A DNA stretch of 64,000 nt from an uncultured Candidatus Saccharibacteria bacterium (GCA_964362545.1 CAYIEM010000001.1:17424-81423), one strand, 5' to 3'; positions 10,035-19,276 are shown, counted from the first letter of the stretch. Notes: generated by a model not told the origin, from the sequence alone. Program-made: numbers and translations.

Positions 10035-10205
10035 ATGGCTATAGAATCAACTCCCGAAAGTAAAAAAGACCTGCTGGAGAGAATAAATGTAGAAATACAA
10101 ATGTACGAGGATGAAATAAAGAAGAGAGAAAGTAGAGGAGAAGATGTTTCGCACCTTAGAGTAAGCTTAGAAAGTTTAAGAGAACAGGCTGGAAAACTAA
10201 AATAA
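10035..10205 (+). CDS. Small hypothetical protein (56 aa; not in ORF track)
   Basis: MAIESTPESKKDLLERINVEIQMYEDEIKKRESRGEDVSHLRVSLESLREQAGKLK*, followed by a terminator. Confidence 0.55.
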   Translation: MAIESTPESKKDLLERINVEIQMYEDEIKKRESRGEDVSHLRVSLESLREQAGKLK

Positions 10206-10227
10206 GAAGACTGCAAAAGAACAACGA

Positions 10228-10259
10228 AAAAAAACCGGCTAGCTTAGCCGGTTTTTATT
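10228..10259. terminator. Bidirectional intrinsic terminator
   Basis: aaaaaccggcta-gct-tagccggttttt between convergent genes. Confidence 0.8.
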
Positions 10260-10327
10260 TTCAGCACTCTTTTCACCGCCTTTTTGATATCCTTCACCCC
10301 CATGCCGTAATGCTCGATGAGCTCATC
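10244..10327 (-). pseudogene. Displaced duplicate 3' end of transketolase C subunit
   Basis: Translates DELIEHYGMGVKDIKKAVKRVLKIKTG*; 10278-10327 matches 11132-11181 at 44/50 nt. Confidence 0.85.
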
Positions 10328-10337
10328 CAGCTTGAAC

Positions 10338-11102
10338 TTGACAAGGTTAAACCTTGTCCGCGTTGTTGTCCGCGCTGTCTTCGTTAGCATCCTTAAACTT
10401 CAGCCATTCCTTTACAAAATCTCCAAAATCCAACTTGGAGCTAAAGTATTCTGGAAATTCCGATACGTCAATAATTTTGCTTTCTACCCTACTGACCCCA
10501 GCGAGATCCAAGTAACTGGAATATCTATATTCGCTCAGGTATTTTTCCGATTCATGCAGATTTTTAATTCCATTCTCTTTCCACTCAGGGTCGATTAATT
10601 TAACTGGATTTAAGTTTATATAAGCAAAAAGATATTTCAAATATTCGTCTTTCGTCACATGCTTCGCCTTAAAAGTACCTTGGAAAAGCGAACCATTTCT
10701 GTCGTTCTTCTTGTTGAAATACATCGTGTAAGCTGTTTGCAATTTTTGCATGAACTTACTAACCCCATTGTCTACCCTCTCTTTAATCAATAAATGAAAA
10801 TGGTTTGGCATCAAACAAAATGCGCCTATACTAACCAATGTTTCTTTTCTATCCATTTGAAAAATCTCGGACAAGGTTAAACCTTGTCTTAACTGGTCGC
10901 CAATATCCACCCTTTCGTAACTGTTGCATGAGTAAAGCAGAACCAGAAAACGCGAGTAATCATTCGCGTTTGTAAAAATTTTCCTTTTATCAGTACCTCT
11001 GTTATATAGATGGTAATATTCGCCTATTGAGAATTCCAAGTTTCTTGTCATGCATACATGATAACTAAAAAACAAGATTTTGACAAGGTTAAACCTTGTC
11101 CG
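10338..11102 (-). mobile_element. REP-bounded RAYT module (REPtron-like)
   Basis: Identical 23-bp ttgacaaggttaaaccttgtccg at 10338-10360 and 11080-11102 flanking the transposase; third copy of the 19-bp core at 10870-10888. Confidence 0.8.
10347..11051 (-). CDS. REP-associated tyrosine transposase (RAYT, Y1 HUH / IS200-like)
   Basis: YHLYNRG, CLMPNHFHLL (HUH), YINLNPVK, YRYSSY. Confidence 0.92.
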   Translation of the reverse strand: MTRNLEFSIGEYYHLYNRGTDKRKIFTNANDYSRFLVLLYSCNSYERVDIGDQLRQGLTLSEIFQMDRKETLVSIGAFCLMPNHFHLLIKERVDNGVSKFMQKLQTAYTMYFNKKNDRNGSLFQGTFKAKHVTKDEYLKYLFAYINLNPVKLIDPEWKENGIKNLHESEKYLSEYRYSSYLDLAGVSRVESKIIDVSEFPEYFSSKLDFGDFVKEWLKFKDANEDSADNNADKV

Positions 11103-12099
11103 GTTTATTTCGATCGAGGATTTTATGCGCTGCTTTTTGGATGTCCTTCACCCCCATTCCGTAATGCTCGATGAGTTCGTCGGGTGTACCGGACTGGCCG
11201 AATTTGTTTTGCACCCCGATGAATTCCATCGGCACCGGGTAATTTTGCGCGAGCACCTCGGCAACTACGCTCCCCATGCCGCCGGAAACTTGGTGTTCTT
11301 CGACTGTAATAATCGCTTTGCACTCTTTTGCCAAAGCTATGATGGCTTCGTCGTCTGTCGGCACGATTGATGACAGATTCATTACTTTAGTTTTTACACC
11401 TTCCGTCTCCAATTCTTTAGCCGCGAGCATCGCGCGGTGAACAAGCGCGCCGGTGGCGATGATTCCGACATCTGCTATCCCGACATCCGGAATCCAAAAT
11501 ACCCGCGCCTTGCCTATTTCAAAAGGAGTTTCTTCAGTAGTTATGATAGGTGTCTTCTCTCGAGCCAGACGCAGGTATGCCGGCTTTTTGGTTTTAGCGA
11601 GAACAAGCGTCACCTTTTTTGCCTCTATGCTATCGCACGGGCTAAGCACATCCATATTGGGAAGCACTCGCATCAGCGCGATGTCTTCAAGCGCTTGGTG
11701 CGTGCCACCATCAGGACCCACAGAAATACCCGCGTGCGAACCGACTATCACCACCTTTCTGTCGTTGTAAGCAATCGTCGTCCTTATTTGTTCCCAATTG
11801 CGCCCTGGAGAAAACATCGCGTAAGAAGAACAAAAAGGAATTTTACCCATAGCGGCCATCCCCGAAGCCACAGTCACCAAATTCTGCTCCGCCACACCTA
11901 CTTCAATAAATCTCTCCGGAAATTTTTCTTTGAAAAAATGCATTTGCGTAGACTCCGTCAAATCCGCGCAAAGCGCCACCACATTTTTATCCGCCTCTCC
12001 TGCCAACACGAGTCCCTGCCCGAAACCTTTGCGAATAGGCGCCTGTTCGCAGTCTTGATTGAAAATCTTCGGATTTAATTTTAATGCTGGGTTTAACAT
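11089..12099 (-). CDS. Transketolase, C-terminal (pyrimidine-binding) subunit
   Basis: GVAEQN, GPDGGTHQ, EEHQ..GG.GS. Confidence 0.93.
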   Translation of the reverse strand: MLNPALKLNPKIFNQDCEQAPIRKGFGQGLVLAGEADKNVVALCADLTESTQMHFFKEKFPERFIEVGVAEQNLVTVASGMAAMGKIPFCSSYAMFSPGRNWEQIRTTIAYNDRKVVIVGSHAGISVGPDGGTHQALEDIALMRVLPNMDVLSPCDSIEAKKVTLVLAKTKKPAYLRLAREKTPIITTEETPFEIGKARVFWIPDVGIADVGIIATGALVHRAMLAAKELETEGVKTKVMNLSSIVPTDDEAIIALAKECKAIITVEEHQVSGGMGSVVAEVLAQNYPVPMEFIGVQNKFGQSGTPDELIEHYGMGVKDIQKAAHKILDRNKPDKV

Positions 12100-12110
12100 G
12101 TTGTTTGTTT

Positions 12111-12223
12111 AGTTTTTTGAAATATACTTTTCACAGGGGTTTGGCGAGCATCGGCGAGCCAACTTCAGGAATTTTTATGCTTCAAAAATTCCGTACCGGA
12201 GAAAAGTGATATTTCAAAAAACT
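12111..12223. repeat. Intergenic nested hairpin (MITE-like) element between the two transketolase genes
   Basis: agttttttgaaatatacttttc ... gaaaagtgatatttcaaaaaact terminal IR; inner ggaattttt/aaaaattcc. Confidence 0.75.
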
Positions 12224-13098
12224 TACTGATGCTCACTCCTAATTTTACCGCCAAGCGTACGCAACTCTTCTAATGCAATCTTTGCTTCATCTTTGTTTGG
12301 TGTTTTACCATGCCAATGATAATCTCTGTCAAATTCTTTCACTCCTTTACCAGGGATGGTTCTCGCTATCAATACGGACGGTTTTTCAAAAACTGCCTTC
12401 GCTCGCTCTATCGCGCTATTTACCTCTTCAAAGTCATGCCCGTTTACCTCCTGTGCATGCCAGCCAAATGCTTCGTATTTCAAGACCAAGTCGCCAAGAG
12501 GCATTATGTCTTCGGTGTAACCATCTATTTGAATATTGTTTCTATCCACTATCACTATCAGATTATTTAATTTTTCCTTGGACGCCAAAAGAATAGCTTC
12601 CCAGGTGTTCCCTTCATCGTGCTCGCCATCGGAAAGTAGTGCATAAATATATCTCTCGGAATTTCTATCTCTATCGATCCTATCCGCGAGTGCCATGCCT
12701 ACCGCTTGCGAAAGCCCAGCACCTAGCGGTCCAGAGGAAGTTTCAAGCCAAGGCATGTATTCCCTATGTGGATGACCTTGAAGTCTAGTACCAAACTTGC
12801 GCAAAGTCTTCAATTCTTCTATGGGAAAATATCCTGCGTGCGCCATAGTCGCGTATAATACCGGACATATATGCCCGTTTGAAAGCACCAATCTGTCGCG
12901 CTCTTCCCCAATAGGACTTCCTAGCGGATTTTTAGGGTCGTGTTTCAAAACATGAAAATAAAGAAGAGTAAAAATATCAGCCATACCGAGAGGTCCCGCC
13001 GTATGCCCACTCCCGGCTTCTACCAACATCTCAATAATGCTTTCTCTAATGTCGTTAGCTTTTATCTCTAGCTCCTGTATTTTTTCTTGAGTTAACAT
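12223..13098 (-). CDS. Transketolase, N-terminal (TPP-binding) subunit
   Basis: SGH, DRLVLSNGH, LQGHP, SDGE..EG..WEA. Confidence 0.93.
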   Translation of the reverse strand: MLTQEKIQELEIKANDIRESIIEMLVEAGSGHTAGPLGMADIFTLLYFHVLKHDPKNPLGSPIGEERDRLVLSNGHICPVLYATMAHAGYFPIEELKTLRKFGTRLQGHPHREYMPWLETSSGPLGAGLSQAVGMALADRIDRDRNSERYIYALLSDGEHDEGNTWEAILLASKEKLNNLIVIVDRNNIQIDGYTEDIMPLGDLVLKYEAFGWHAQEVNGHDFEEVNSAIERAKAVFEKPSVLIARTIPGKGVKEFDRDYHWHGKTPNKDEAKIALEELRTLGGKIRSEHQ

Positions 13099-13146
13099 AT
13101 TAATCTATATTATAACAAAATAAATTTACAAATACCATACTTCTGC

Positions 13147-13185
13147 TTTACATATTCAATTTGCTACAATATACTGTAGTAGATT
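13147..13185 (+). promoter_or_regulatory. Sigma70 promoter overlapped by a palindromic operator-like site
   Basis: TTTACA(13147)-17 bp-TATACT(13170); the -10 sits in the centre of ctacaatatactgtag. Confidence 0.65.
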
Positions 13186-13218
13186 ATTAGTAATAAAATT
13201 AGTTTTTAGATATAATTT

Positions 13219-13638
13219 ATGCCACACGTATCAAGCAAAAAATTAAATCCCAAGCTTTTAGAAGAATTATTTGGAAAACTTCTTGCAGTCTTTGGGCAAG
13301 CACAAAACAAAAGATACTTGAAAGAAGTAACACGGGAGCTGTTCACCCGAACAGAAAAAATTATGCTTGCTAAACGCTTGGCTATTGTTCTTATGCTCGC
13401 GAATAATACTCCACAGCATAGGGTTGTAAATATATTGAAAGTCAGCCCAACTACTGTGGCGAAAACATCTCTCGGAATTGAAATCGGCAAGTACGACGCT
13501 ATTCTAAAAATTTCTAAAAAGGAAAAGACTGATATCGAGAAATTAGTATGGAATATTCTCACCGTCGGAGGAATTATGCCTCCAAAAGTAGGAAGAAAGT
13601 ACTGGAGAAAATATTCAAATAATAATACTACTTCCTAG
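13219..13638 (+). CDS. TrpR/YerC-YecD-like helix-turn-helix protein
   Basis: LFTRTEKIMLAKRLAIVLML...VVNILKVSPTTVAK. Confidence 0.8.
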   Translation: MPHVSSKKLNPKLLEELFGKLLAVFGQAQNKRYLKEVTRELFTRTEKIMLAKRLAIVLMLANNTPQHRVVNILKVSPTTVAKTSLGIEIGKYDAILKISKKEKTDIEKLVWNILTVGGIMPPKVGRKYWRKYSNNNTTS

Positions 13639-13667
13639 CGTCTCACTTAATTAATCACCATCAGATT

Positions 13668-13695
13668 AATTTACTACAATATACTGTAGTAAAAT
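13668..13695. repeat. Second copy of the palindrome flanking the TrpR-like gene
   Basis: ctacaatatactgtagta identical at 13164-13181 and 13674-13691. Confidence 0.85.
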
Positions 13696-13731
13696 TCGAT
13701 ACGGTAAGAAAGAGAGAGCATTGTTCTATTT

Positions 13732-14460
13732 TTATAAATTTTTAAACTCTTCTATCTTTTCAATTATATCATCTGCATTAAAAATCGCTGAACCTATAAT
13801 GAGCTTCGTCGCTCCGGCTTCTACTAGTCTGGGCGCCGTCTCTTCATTTACCCCAATATCAACTGCAATGGGTATGTCAACGTATTCTTCTCTGAAACTC
13901 TTAATTTTTTCATAGACCTTTTCATCTAGCTCTATTCCTGCTCCTTGGTATCCTTCCCTGTCGTTGCCCATAAACTGCACGAAATCAACACACGAAACCA
14001 GGGGATAAATCTGTCCTAGGGGGGTGCTAGGATTCATGGCTACACCTATATCTATGGCATCCCGAATATAATTATCCATGCCTTCCAAAAAATTTTTAAA
14101 TTCTTCCAATTTGCCAACAGCCTCTAAATGAAAAACTATTTTCTTCGGACCTAGTTTGGTATAAATATCAAAATTCTCCACCGCATCTGCTACCAGTAAA
14201 TCAATCTCAAAATCGACGTCCTCCCAAAAAGGCATACCCTCCTCTTCGTTTAGAATTTTTCTAAAATGCTCGTCTAGATTGTTTTCCAAAAAAAGCGCAT
14301 CTCTCCTAGAAGGCGAGTTGAATGGCCAGGTTATGGACGGAACAAAAACTCCATCGCATATATCCACTTGAACAACACCCGCTGTCCCACGAACAAGCGC
14401 GACTTTATTCTTCAAATCCTCGTAACTTTTTGTCAGTATTGATGGAATTATTTCTACCAT
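13732..14460 (-). CDS. rpe: Ribulose-phosphate 3-epimerase family protein
   Basis: IIPSIL, QVDICDGVFVP, AVDIGV, GSAIF. Confidence 0.85.
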   Translation of the reverse strand: MVEIIPSILTKSYEDLKNKVALVRGTAGVVQVDICDGVFVPSITWPFNSPSRRDALFLENNLDEHFRKILNEEEGMPFWEDVDFEIDLLVADAVENFDIYTKLGPKKIVFHLEAVGKLEEFKNFLEGMDNYIRDAIDIGVAMNPSTPLGQIYPLVSCVDFVQFMGNDREGYQGAGIELDEKVYEKIKSFREEYVDIPIAVDIGVNEETAPRLVEAGATKLIIGSAIFNADDIIEKIEEFKNL

Positions 14461-14480
14461 AATTTAAAGAAGCGAAGTTA

Positions 14481-14957
14481 TTATTCTATTTTTATTTTAT
14501 CTATTTTACCTAGACGACGAACATGTCTCTCGTCCCCAGAAAAAGGAGTGTCGAGCCAAAGATTAACTGCGCTCATTATGTTGTCTTCTGTAAAATATCT
14601 GGCACCCAAGGAAAGAATGTTTGAATTGTTGTGCTGCCTTGAACGTATTATGATGTCTGAATCATTGTCTACGACTGGCTTCGCATTACCATAGTCTACG
14701 ACAGCCCTGACATGAGGAAACTTATTGGCGGTAATCGCCTCCCCTTCTCCTGTACCGCCTAAAACAATTCCCCTGACATTTTCTGAATCCTTCGATACCT
14801 CCTCTGCCACAGGAATGACAAAATCTGGATAGTCATCGTGCTCGTTGTATTCGTATGCGCCCTTGTCTATGACCTCATGTCCCTGAAGTTTTAAAGAAGA
14901 TACGATCTTCTCCTTAAATACATAACCAGCGTGATCTGTGCCAATAAAAATTTTCAT
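14481..14957 (-). CDS. rpiB: Ribose-5-phosphate isomerase B family
   Basis: DHAG, DYPD, GGTGEG, HNNSN, RHVRR. Confidence 0.9.
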   Translation of the reverse strand: MKIFIGTDHAGYVFKEKIVSSLKLQGHEVIDKGAYEYNEHDDYPDFVIPVAEEVSKDSENVRGIVLGGTGEGEAITANKFPHVRAVVDYGNAKPVVDNDSDIIIRSRQHNNSNILSLGARYFTEDNIMSAVNLWLDTPFSGDERHVRRLGKIDKIKIE

Positions 14958-14992
14958 AATAATATTATAACACCTTTTACGTAAAACCCAAT

Positions 14993-15652
14993 CTACTGTA
15001 TATTTGTCGCCCTGTGTAAATCCGAAAACAAAGCGACGGTCTTACCGAAATCCTTCTCCGCCACTATAAAAATAAACTCAGTAGAGGTAGACACAAGTTC
15101 TTCTATATTTATGCGGGCGCGGGCAGTAACTGAGAGAAGAGAGAAGAAGATATTGGGCATGCCAAAAACTTCCGGACCGAATGACACACCTATAGCAGCC
15201 AAATTGTGATTTATAATCTTTGGTTTGACCTTAAAATGTTTTAATATTTTATTTTCCAGATTAGACGAACAGATTACCTCTACTTCGGCCGTACCAATGG
15301 TAGTCGTTAGAAAATCCTCACCAGAAACTGAAATGCTTTTGTGCAACGACTCGAGCTCAAAAATCAGCTCGCTTGTTTTTTCGTAGACAAACTCGGAAAG
15401 CGGTAATTTAGTAGAAATATTTTTTATAGCGACATCGTAAATAAGGGGTTTTTCTTTTTTAAACTCTTTCCGAAGACGCGAAAGTGAAACAACTAAGCCA
15501 TTAATAGTTACTTGTTTTTTTGTGAGCTCTTCCACCTTTTTGCGTATGCGATACGCATAACTACTCATATTCATATAACCATTCGTAAGCGCGACGTAGG
15601 CCTCAAACTCCCCTAAAACTATTTCCCGCACTACTCCTTGTATTTTTATCAT
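14993..15652 (-). CDS. Putative regulator with C-terminal ACT-like domain
   Basis: N-terminal helical part (NMSSYAYRI...VVSLSRL); C-terminal INIEELVSTSTEFIFIV ACT-like; divergent from cysK. Confidence 0.6.
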   Translation of the reverse strand: MIKIQGVVREIVLGEFEAYVALTNGYMNMSSYAYRIRKKVEELTKKQVTINGLVVSLSRLRKEFKKEKPLIYDVAIKNISTKLPLSEFVYEKTSELIFELESLHKSISVSGEDFLTTTIGTAEVEVICSSNLENKILKHFKVKPKIINHNLAAIGVSFGPEVFGMPNIFFSLLSVTARARINIEELVSTSTEFIFIVAEKDFGKTVALFSDLHRATNIQ

Positions 15653-15745
15653 GCTCAATATTCTATCATTTTTAACAAAAAGTTGAAATATCAAGATAAA
15701 TGTTAAAAAACTTGGCATTTAAAGTAAAGAGAGTATCGTAAAGAA

Positions 15746-16663
15746 ATGAGAAAACAAACGAACGATCTACTAGATGCTATCGGAAACACTCCTATGGTAA
15801 AAGTGCCTTTCGATACCAAAGCGAAGATCTTCGCCAAGCTTGAATACTTGAATCCCGGAGGAAGCGTGAAAGACCGTCCCGCCTTATTTATGGTGGAAGA
15901 GGCGGAAAGAAAAGGATTATTAAAACCAGGCGGAACAATTATAGAAGCATCTTCGGGAAACCAAGGGATAGCATTGGCTATGATCGGTGCCGTAAAAGGA
16001 TATAAAGTGATAATAGCAGCTTCCGACAAAGTAAGCGAGGAGAAAATAAAAACTTTGCGTGCATACGGGGCGGAGGTCATGATATGCGACAGCTCTATTC
16101 CCCTACACGACCCAAAGAATTATCACAACGTACCGGAAAATATGGCGAAAAATATTCCGAATTCGTTTGTGCCAAACCAGTACTACAATCTTTCAAATCC
16201 CAAAAGTTATTATTTTTCGCTAGGACCTGAGATATGGAAACAAACCAAAGGCAAGATCACTCATCTATTCGCTCCAGCAGGCACCGGAGGAACAGTCAGC
16301 GGAACCGGAAAATTTTTAAAAGAACAGAATCCGAAAATAAAAATTATTGCTGTTGATGTCAATAATTCTTCCCATTCGACCAAAGGAAATCCGAAGCCAT
16401 ACAAATTGGAAGGCATTGGTATCGACTTTGAGACTCCTGTGCTTGATGAATCAGTAATAGATGAGTTTCTGCCTGTATCCGATGAGCAAAGCTTTACTAT
16501 GTTGAAAAAGATGGCTTCTCAATATGGATTGCTTTTAGGGGGAAGTGGCGGATCTATAGCTTATGCGGTAAAAAATTACGCTAAAAAACTAAAAAAGGGT
16601 GACGTAGCCGTAATGATTCTCAGTGATTCTGGACGAGCATATTTGTCTAAAAATTATTTTTAA
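15746..16663 (+). CDS. cysK: PLP-dependent cysteine synthase / cystathionine beta-synthase family
   Basis: IGNTP, KLEYLNPGGSVKDR, SSGNQG, GTGGT. Confidence 0.88.
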   Translation: MRKQTNDLLDAIGNTPMVKVPFDTKAKIFAKLEYLNPGGSVKDRPALFMVEEAERKGLLKPGGTIIEASSGNQGIALAMIGAVKGYKVIIAASDKVSEEKIKTLRAYGAEVMICDSSIPLHDPKNYHNVPENMAKNIPNSFVPNQYYNLSNPKSYYFSLGPEIWKQTKGKITHLFAPAGTGGTVSGTGKFLKEQNPKIKIIAVDVNNSSHSTKGNPKPYKLEGIGIDFETPVLDESVIDEFLPVSDEQSFTMLKKMASQYGLLLGGSGGSIAYAVKNYAKKLKKGDVAVMILSDSGRAYLSKNYF

Positions 16664-16671
16664 AATCTTAA

Positions 16672-18402
16672 ATGAAAAAAATTTTAATAGCAATCGCCCT
16701 ACTTTCCATAAGTCCGTATGCAAACGCGACTGACATTTCTTACACAATTATCGAAAATGTATCGAAAAAAAGTGCTTCAATTGTGGTCAATAATATTATA
16801 AAGAAAACAAATTACTTATGTAATCTTTCCACTTACAAATGCGAAAAAACTAGAGAACAAAATACAGAACGAATAGAAAACCCGCTGAAAAAAATAACCC
16901 TCTCTTTCTTGGAAGACAGGGATGAAAATTTGGCAAAAGCTGAGAAAAAGCAAAAAGATATTAAACCTCCTACTACAATACCTACGCCAAATCCGCAAAA
17001 AAGCTACGGAAAATTCACTATACCCAAAAAAGCAACTCACGTAACAATTTCGCCCGACAATAAGAAAATTGCTTATTTTCTTGAAGAAGGAGACATGGTG
17101 GTGACAGCTAGAAAATTCGTCATCAAACTTGATAACGGTAAAAAAATAGAGTATTCCGGTACAACTAATAATCTTGAATTATTAAGAAACTATGAAGAAC
17201 TTTTTGCATTCACTGAAGATAGTTCTAAACTTGTTTACCTAGATGACCGAGCTGGCTTTGCACAATTATACCTAGTAGATTTTAAACAAAAACCAAAAAA
17301 TCTATCAGGTAGACAAATTATAAAAAAACCATATACCGTCTACGATTTCGCGGTCAAAGAAGAAAAAGTCTACTATATCGCAAACCGACAAGAACCCAAC
17401 AAGTGGGATCTTTATTCTCTCGGACTTAATAATAACAAGTTAAACACCATAAGCGAAGATGTGATGTATACTAACAAACTCACATTCACTGGTGATAATC
17501 TGTTATTCACTGAAAATGAACGAGGTACTGGAGTACTAAAAAGTTTTAATATAAAAGAAAAGAAAATAAAAAATTTTATCGGCATAGAACAGGAAAAGGT
17601 GGAAATAGAAAAAATTATTCGTGAAAATATTTTCACAGAAAATCTAAAAGGTATTCTTTTGAAACCCGATAAAAATACAGATCAAAAGAAAACTATTATT
17701 TGGCTTCACGGCGGACCATATAGACAAGCAAGCCCTTTAAGACACTCATGGGGTAGCTATACAACTTATGATTGGATATTGGATGAAATTGTGTTAGCTG
17801 GTATCACCGTTCTGAAACTTGATTATCCCGGGAGTATGGGTTATGGCAAAGATTATAGTTTAAGCTTGGTAAATAATATCGGCGTAATTGACGTAAAAAA
17901 TGTTGAGGAAGCTATCGCTTATCTGAACAATTTGGGATTAAGAGAAATTTACCTTTTCGGCAATAGTTATGGTGGTTATTTAGCGCTGAAGGGTTTAACA
18001 AAACTCGACTCAAAACTTTCAGGTGCTTTAGCGGTAGCGCCAGTAACCGATTGGCAAAAACTGATAGAAAAAGTACATCCGACTCCATTTGAGGCATATT
18101 TAAGAGGAATTCCGAACGAAAAAAATCAGGATATACACGACCGATCAAGCGTAATCAATAATCTTGAAAAAATAAGCAAACCGATTGTGCTCTTCCACGG
18201 AGAACTTGATAACCAGGTTCCGTTCAGTCAGTCTGAATATTTATTCAAGGAAGCTAAAAGTGTCGGTAAGAACATCCAATACTACTCGATACTTGGAGAG
18301 AAACATGTGATAAGCGGAGTATCGCAAAACGAAGCGATATGTAAAAAAGTTGCTGATTTTATAGGAATTAAGTCAACTGAAAATATTTGTATTATGGAAT
18401 AA
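16672..18402 (+). CDS. Secreted S9 prolyl-oligopeptidase family peptidase
   Basis: Signal peptide, beta-propeller region, HGGP, GNSYGG, D..VP, H. Confidence 0.88.
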   Translation: MKKILIAIALLSISPYANATDISYTIIENVSKKSASIVVNNIIKKTNYLCNLSTYKCEKTREQNTERIENPLKKITLSFLEDRDENLAKAEKKQKDIKPPTTIPTPNPQKSYGKFTIPKKATHVTISPDNKKIAYFLEEGDMVVTARKFVIKLDNGKKIEYSGTTNNLELLRNYEELFAFTEDSSKLVYLDDRAGFAQLYLVDFKQKPKNLSGRQIIKKPYTVYDFAVKEEKVYYIANRQEPNKWDLYSLGLNNNKLNTISEDVMYTNKLTFTGDNLLFTENERGTGVLKSFNIKEKKIKNFIGIEQEKVEIEKIIRENIFTENLKGILLKPDKNTDQKKTIIWLHGGPYRQASPLRHSWGSYTTYDWILDEIVLAGITVLKLDYPGSMGYGKDYSLSLVNNIGVIDVKNVEEAIAYLNNLGLREIYLFGNSYGGYLALKGLTKLDSKLSGALAVAPVTDWQKLIEKVHPTPFEAYLRGIPNEKNQDIHDRSSVINNLEKISKPIVLFHGELDNQVPFSQSEYLFKEAKSVGKNIQYYSILGEKHVISGVSQNEAICKKVADFIGIKSTENICIME

Positions 18403-18474
18403 AATGCAAAAAATTATAAATCGATGTTATAATCACTGGTATAAAACATATCGTATACTAAGAAAAAACTAGAA

Positions 18475-19266
18475 ATGAAAGAAGGGCTTAAATTCTACAA
18501 ATATCACGGCGCCGGGAATGATTTTATCATGATAGACAATCGTGGTGAATGTTTTGATGTTAAAGATGTGGAAAAAATAAAGTTTCTCTGCCACAGACGT
18601 TTTGGTATCGGCGCAGATGGAATGCAGATCGTGCAAAATCATCCAGATTATGATTTTGAAATGATATTTGTAAATTCAGACGGGAGTATGGGCTCGATGT
18701 GCGGCAACGGCGGGCGCTGTATTGTTCACTACGCGCACTACGTTCTTAAAATGATCAAAGACCCAAAGCATGTGAAGTTTCTCGCCCCAGACGGAGAACA
18801 TGAAGCAGAAATAAATGAAGAAATAATTAGGCTCAAAATGCGAGATATGGCTAACGTGACAGAGCGCAATGGTTTGCCTTTCGTCTATTGTGGTACTACC
18901 CCGCATAATATAAAGTTCGTGGAAAATCTAGAAAACTTCCCTGTATTTCCTGAAGGTAAAAAGCTAAGATATTCCGACCCGGATGGAGTCAATGCGAATT
19001 ATGTTGAAATAAAAAACGGCGTATTTAACGTTCGAACTTATGAACGTGGTGTGGAAGACGAAACGATGGCCTGCGGCACGGCTGCCACATCCGTAGCTAT
19101 CATTTCGCATAAACTTGGGATTTTGAAAGAAAATATTTGCCACATCAAAATGCCCGGTGGTAATCTCACAGTAGAATTTGAACCTTGCGTTAGGCAAGAC
19201 CTAACGACATACAAAAACATCTGGCTCACCGGTCCGGCCGTGTGCGTGTTTGAGGGAAAAATTTGA
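18475..19266 (+). CDS. dapF: Diaminopimelate epimerase
   Basis: KYHGAGNDF, GIGADG, MCGNG, ERGV..ET.ACGT. Confidence 0.93.
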   Translation: MKEGLKFYKYHGAGNDFIMIDNRGECFDVKDVEKIKFLCHRRFGIGADGMQIVQNHPDYDFEMIFVNSDGSMGSMCGNGGRCIVHYAHYVLKMIKDPKHVKFLAPDGEHEAEINEEIIRLKMRDMANVTERNGLPFVYCGTTPHNIKFVENLENFPVFPEGKKLRYSDPDGVNANYVEIKNGVFNVRTYERGVEDETMACGTAATSVAIISHKLGILKENICHIKMPGGNLTVEFEPCVRQDLTTYKNIWLTGPAVCVFEGKI

Positions 19267-19276
19267 CTTAGTGTCA

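Noticed and set aside
14301-14317. Weak dyad ctctcctagaaggcgag in an rpe loop
   Set aside because: Too degenerate to distinguish from chance without an ortholog alignment
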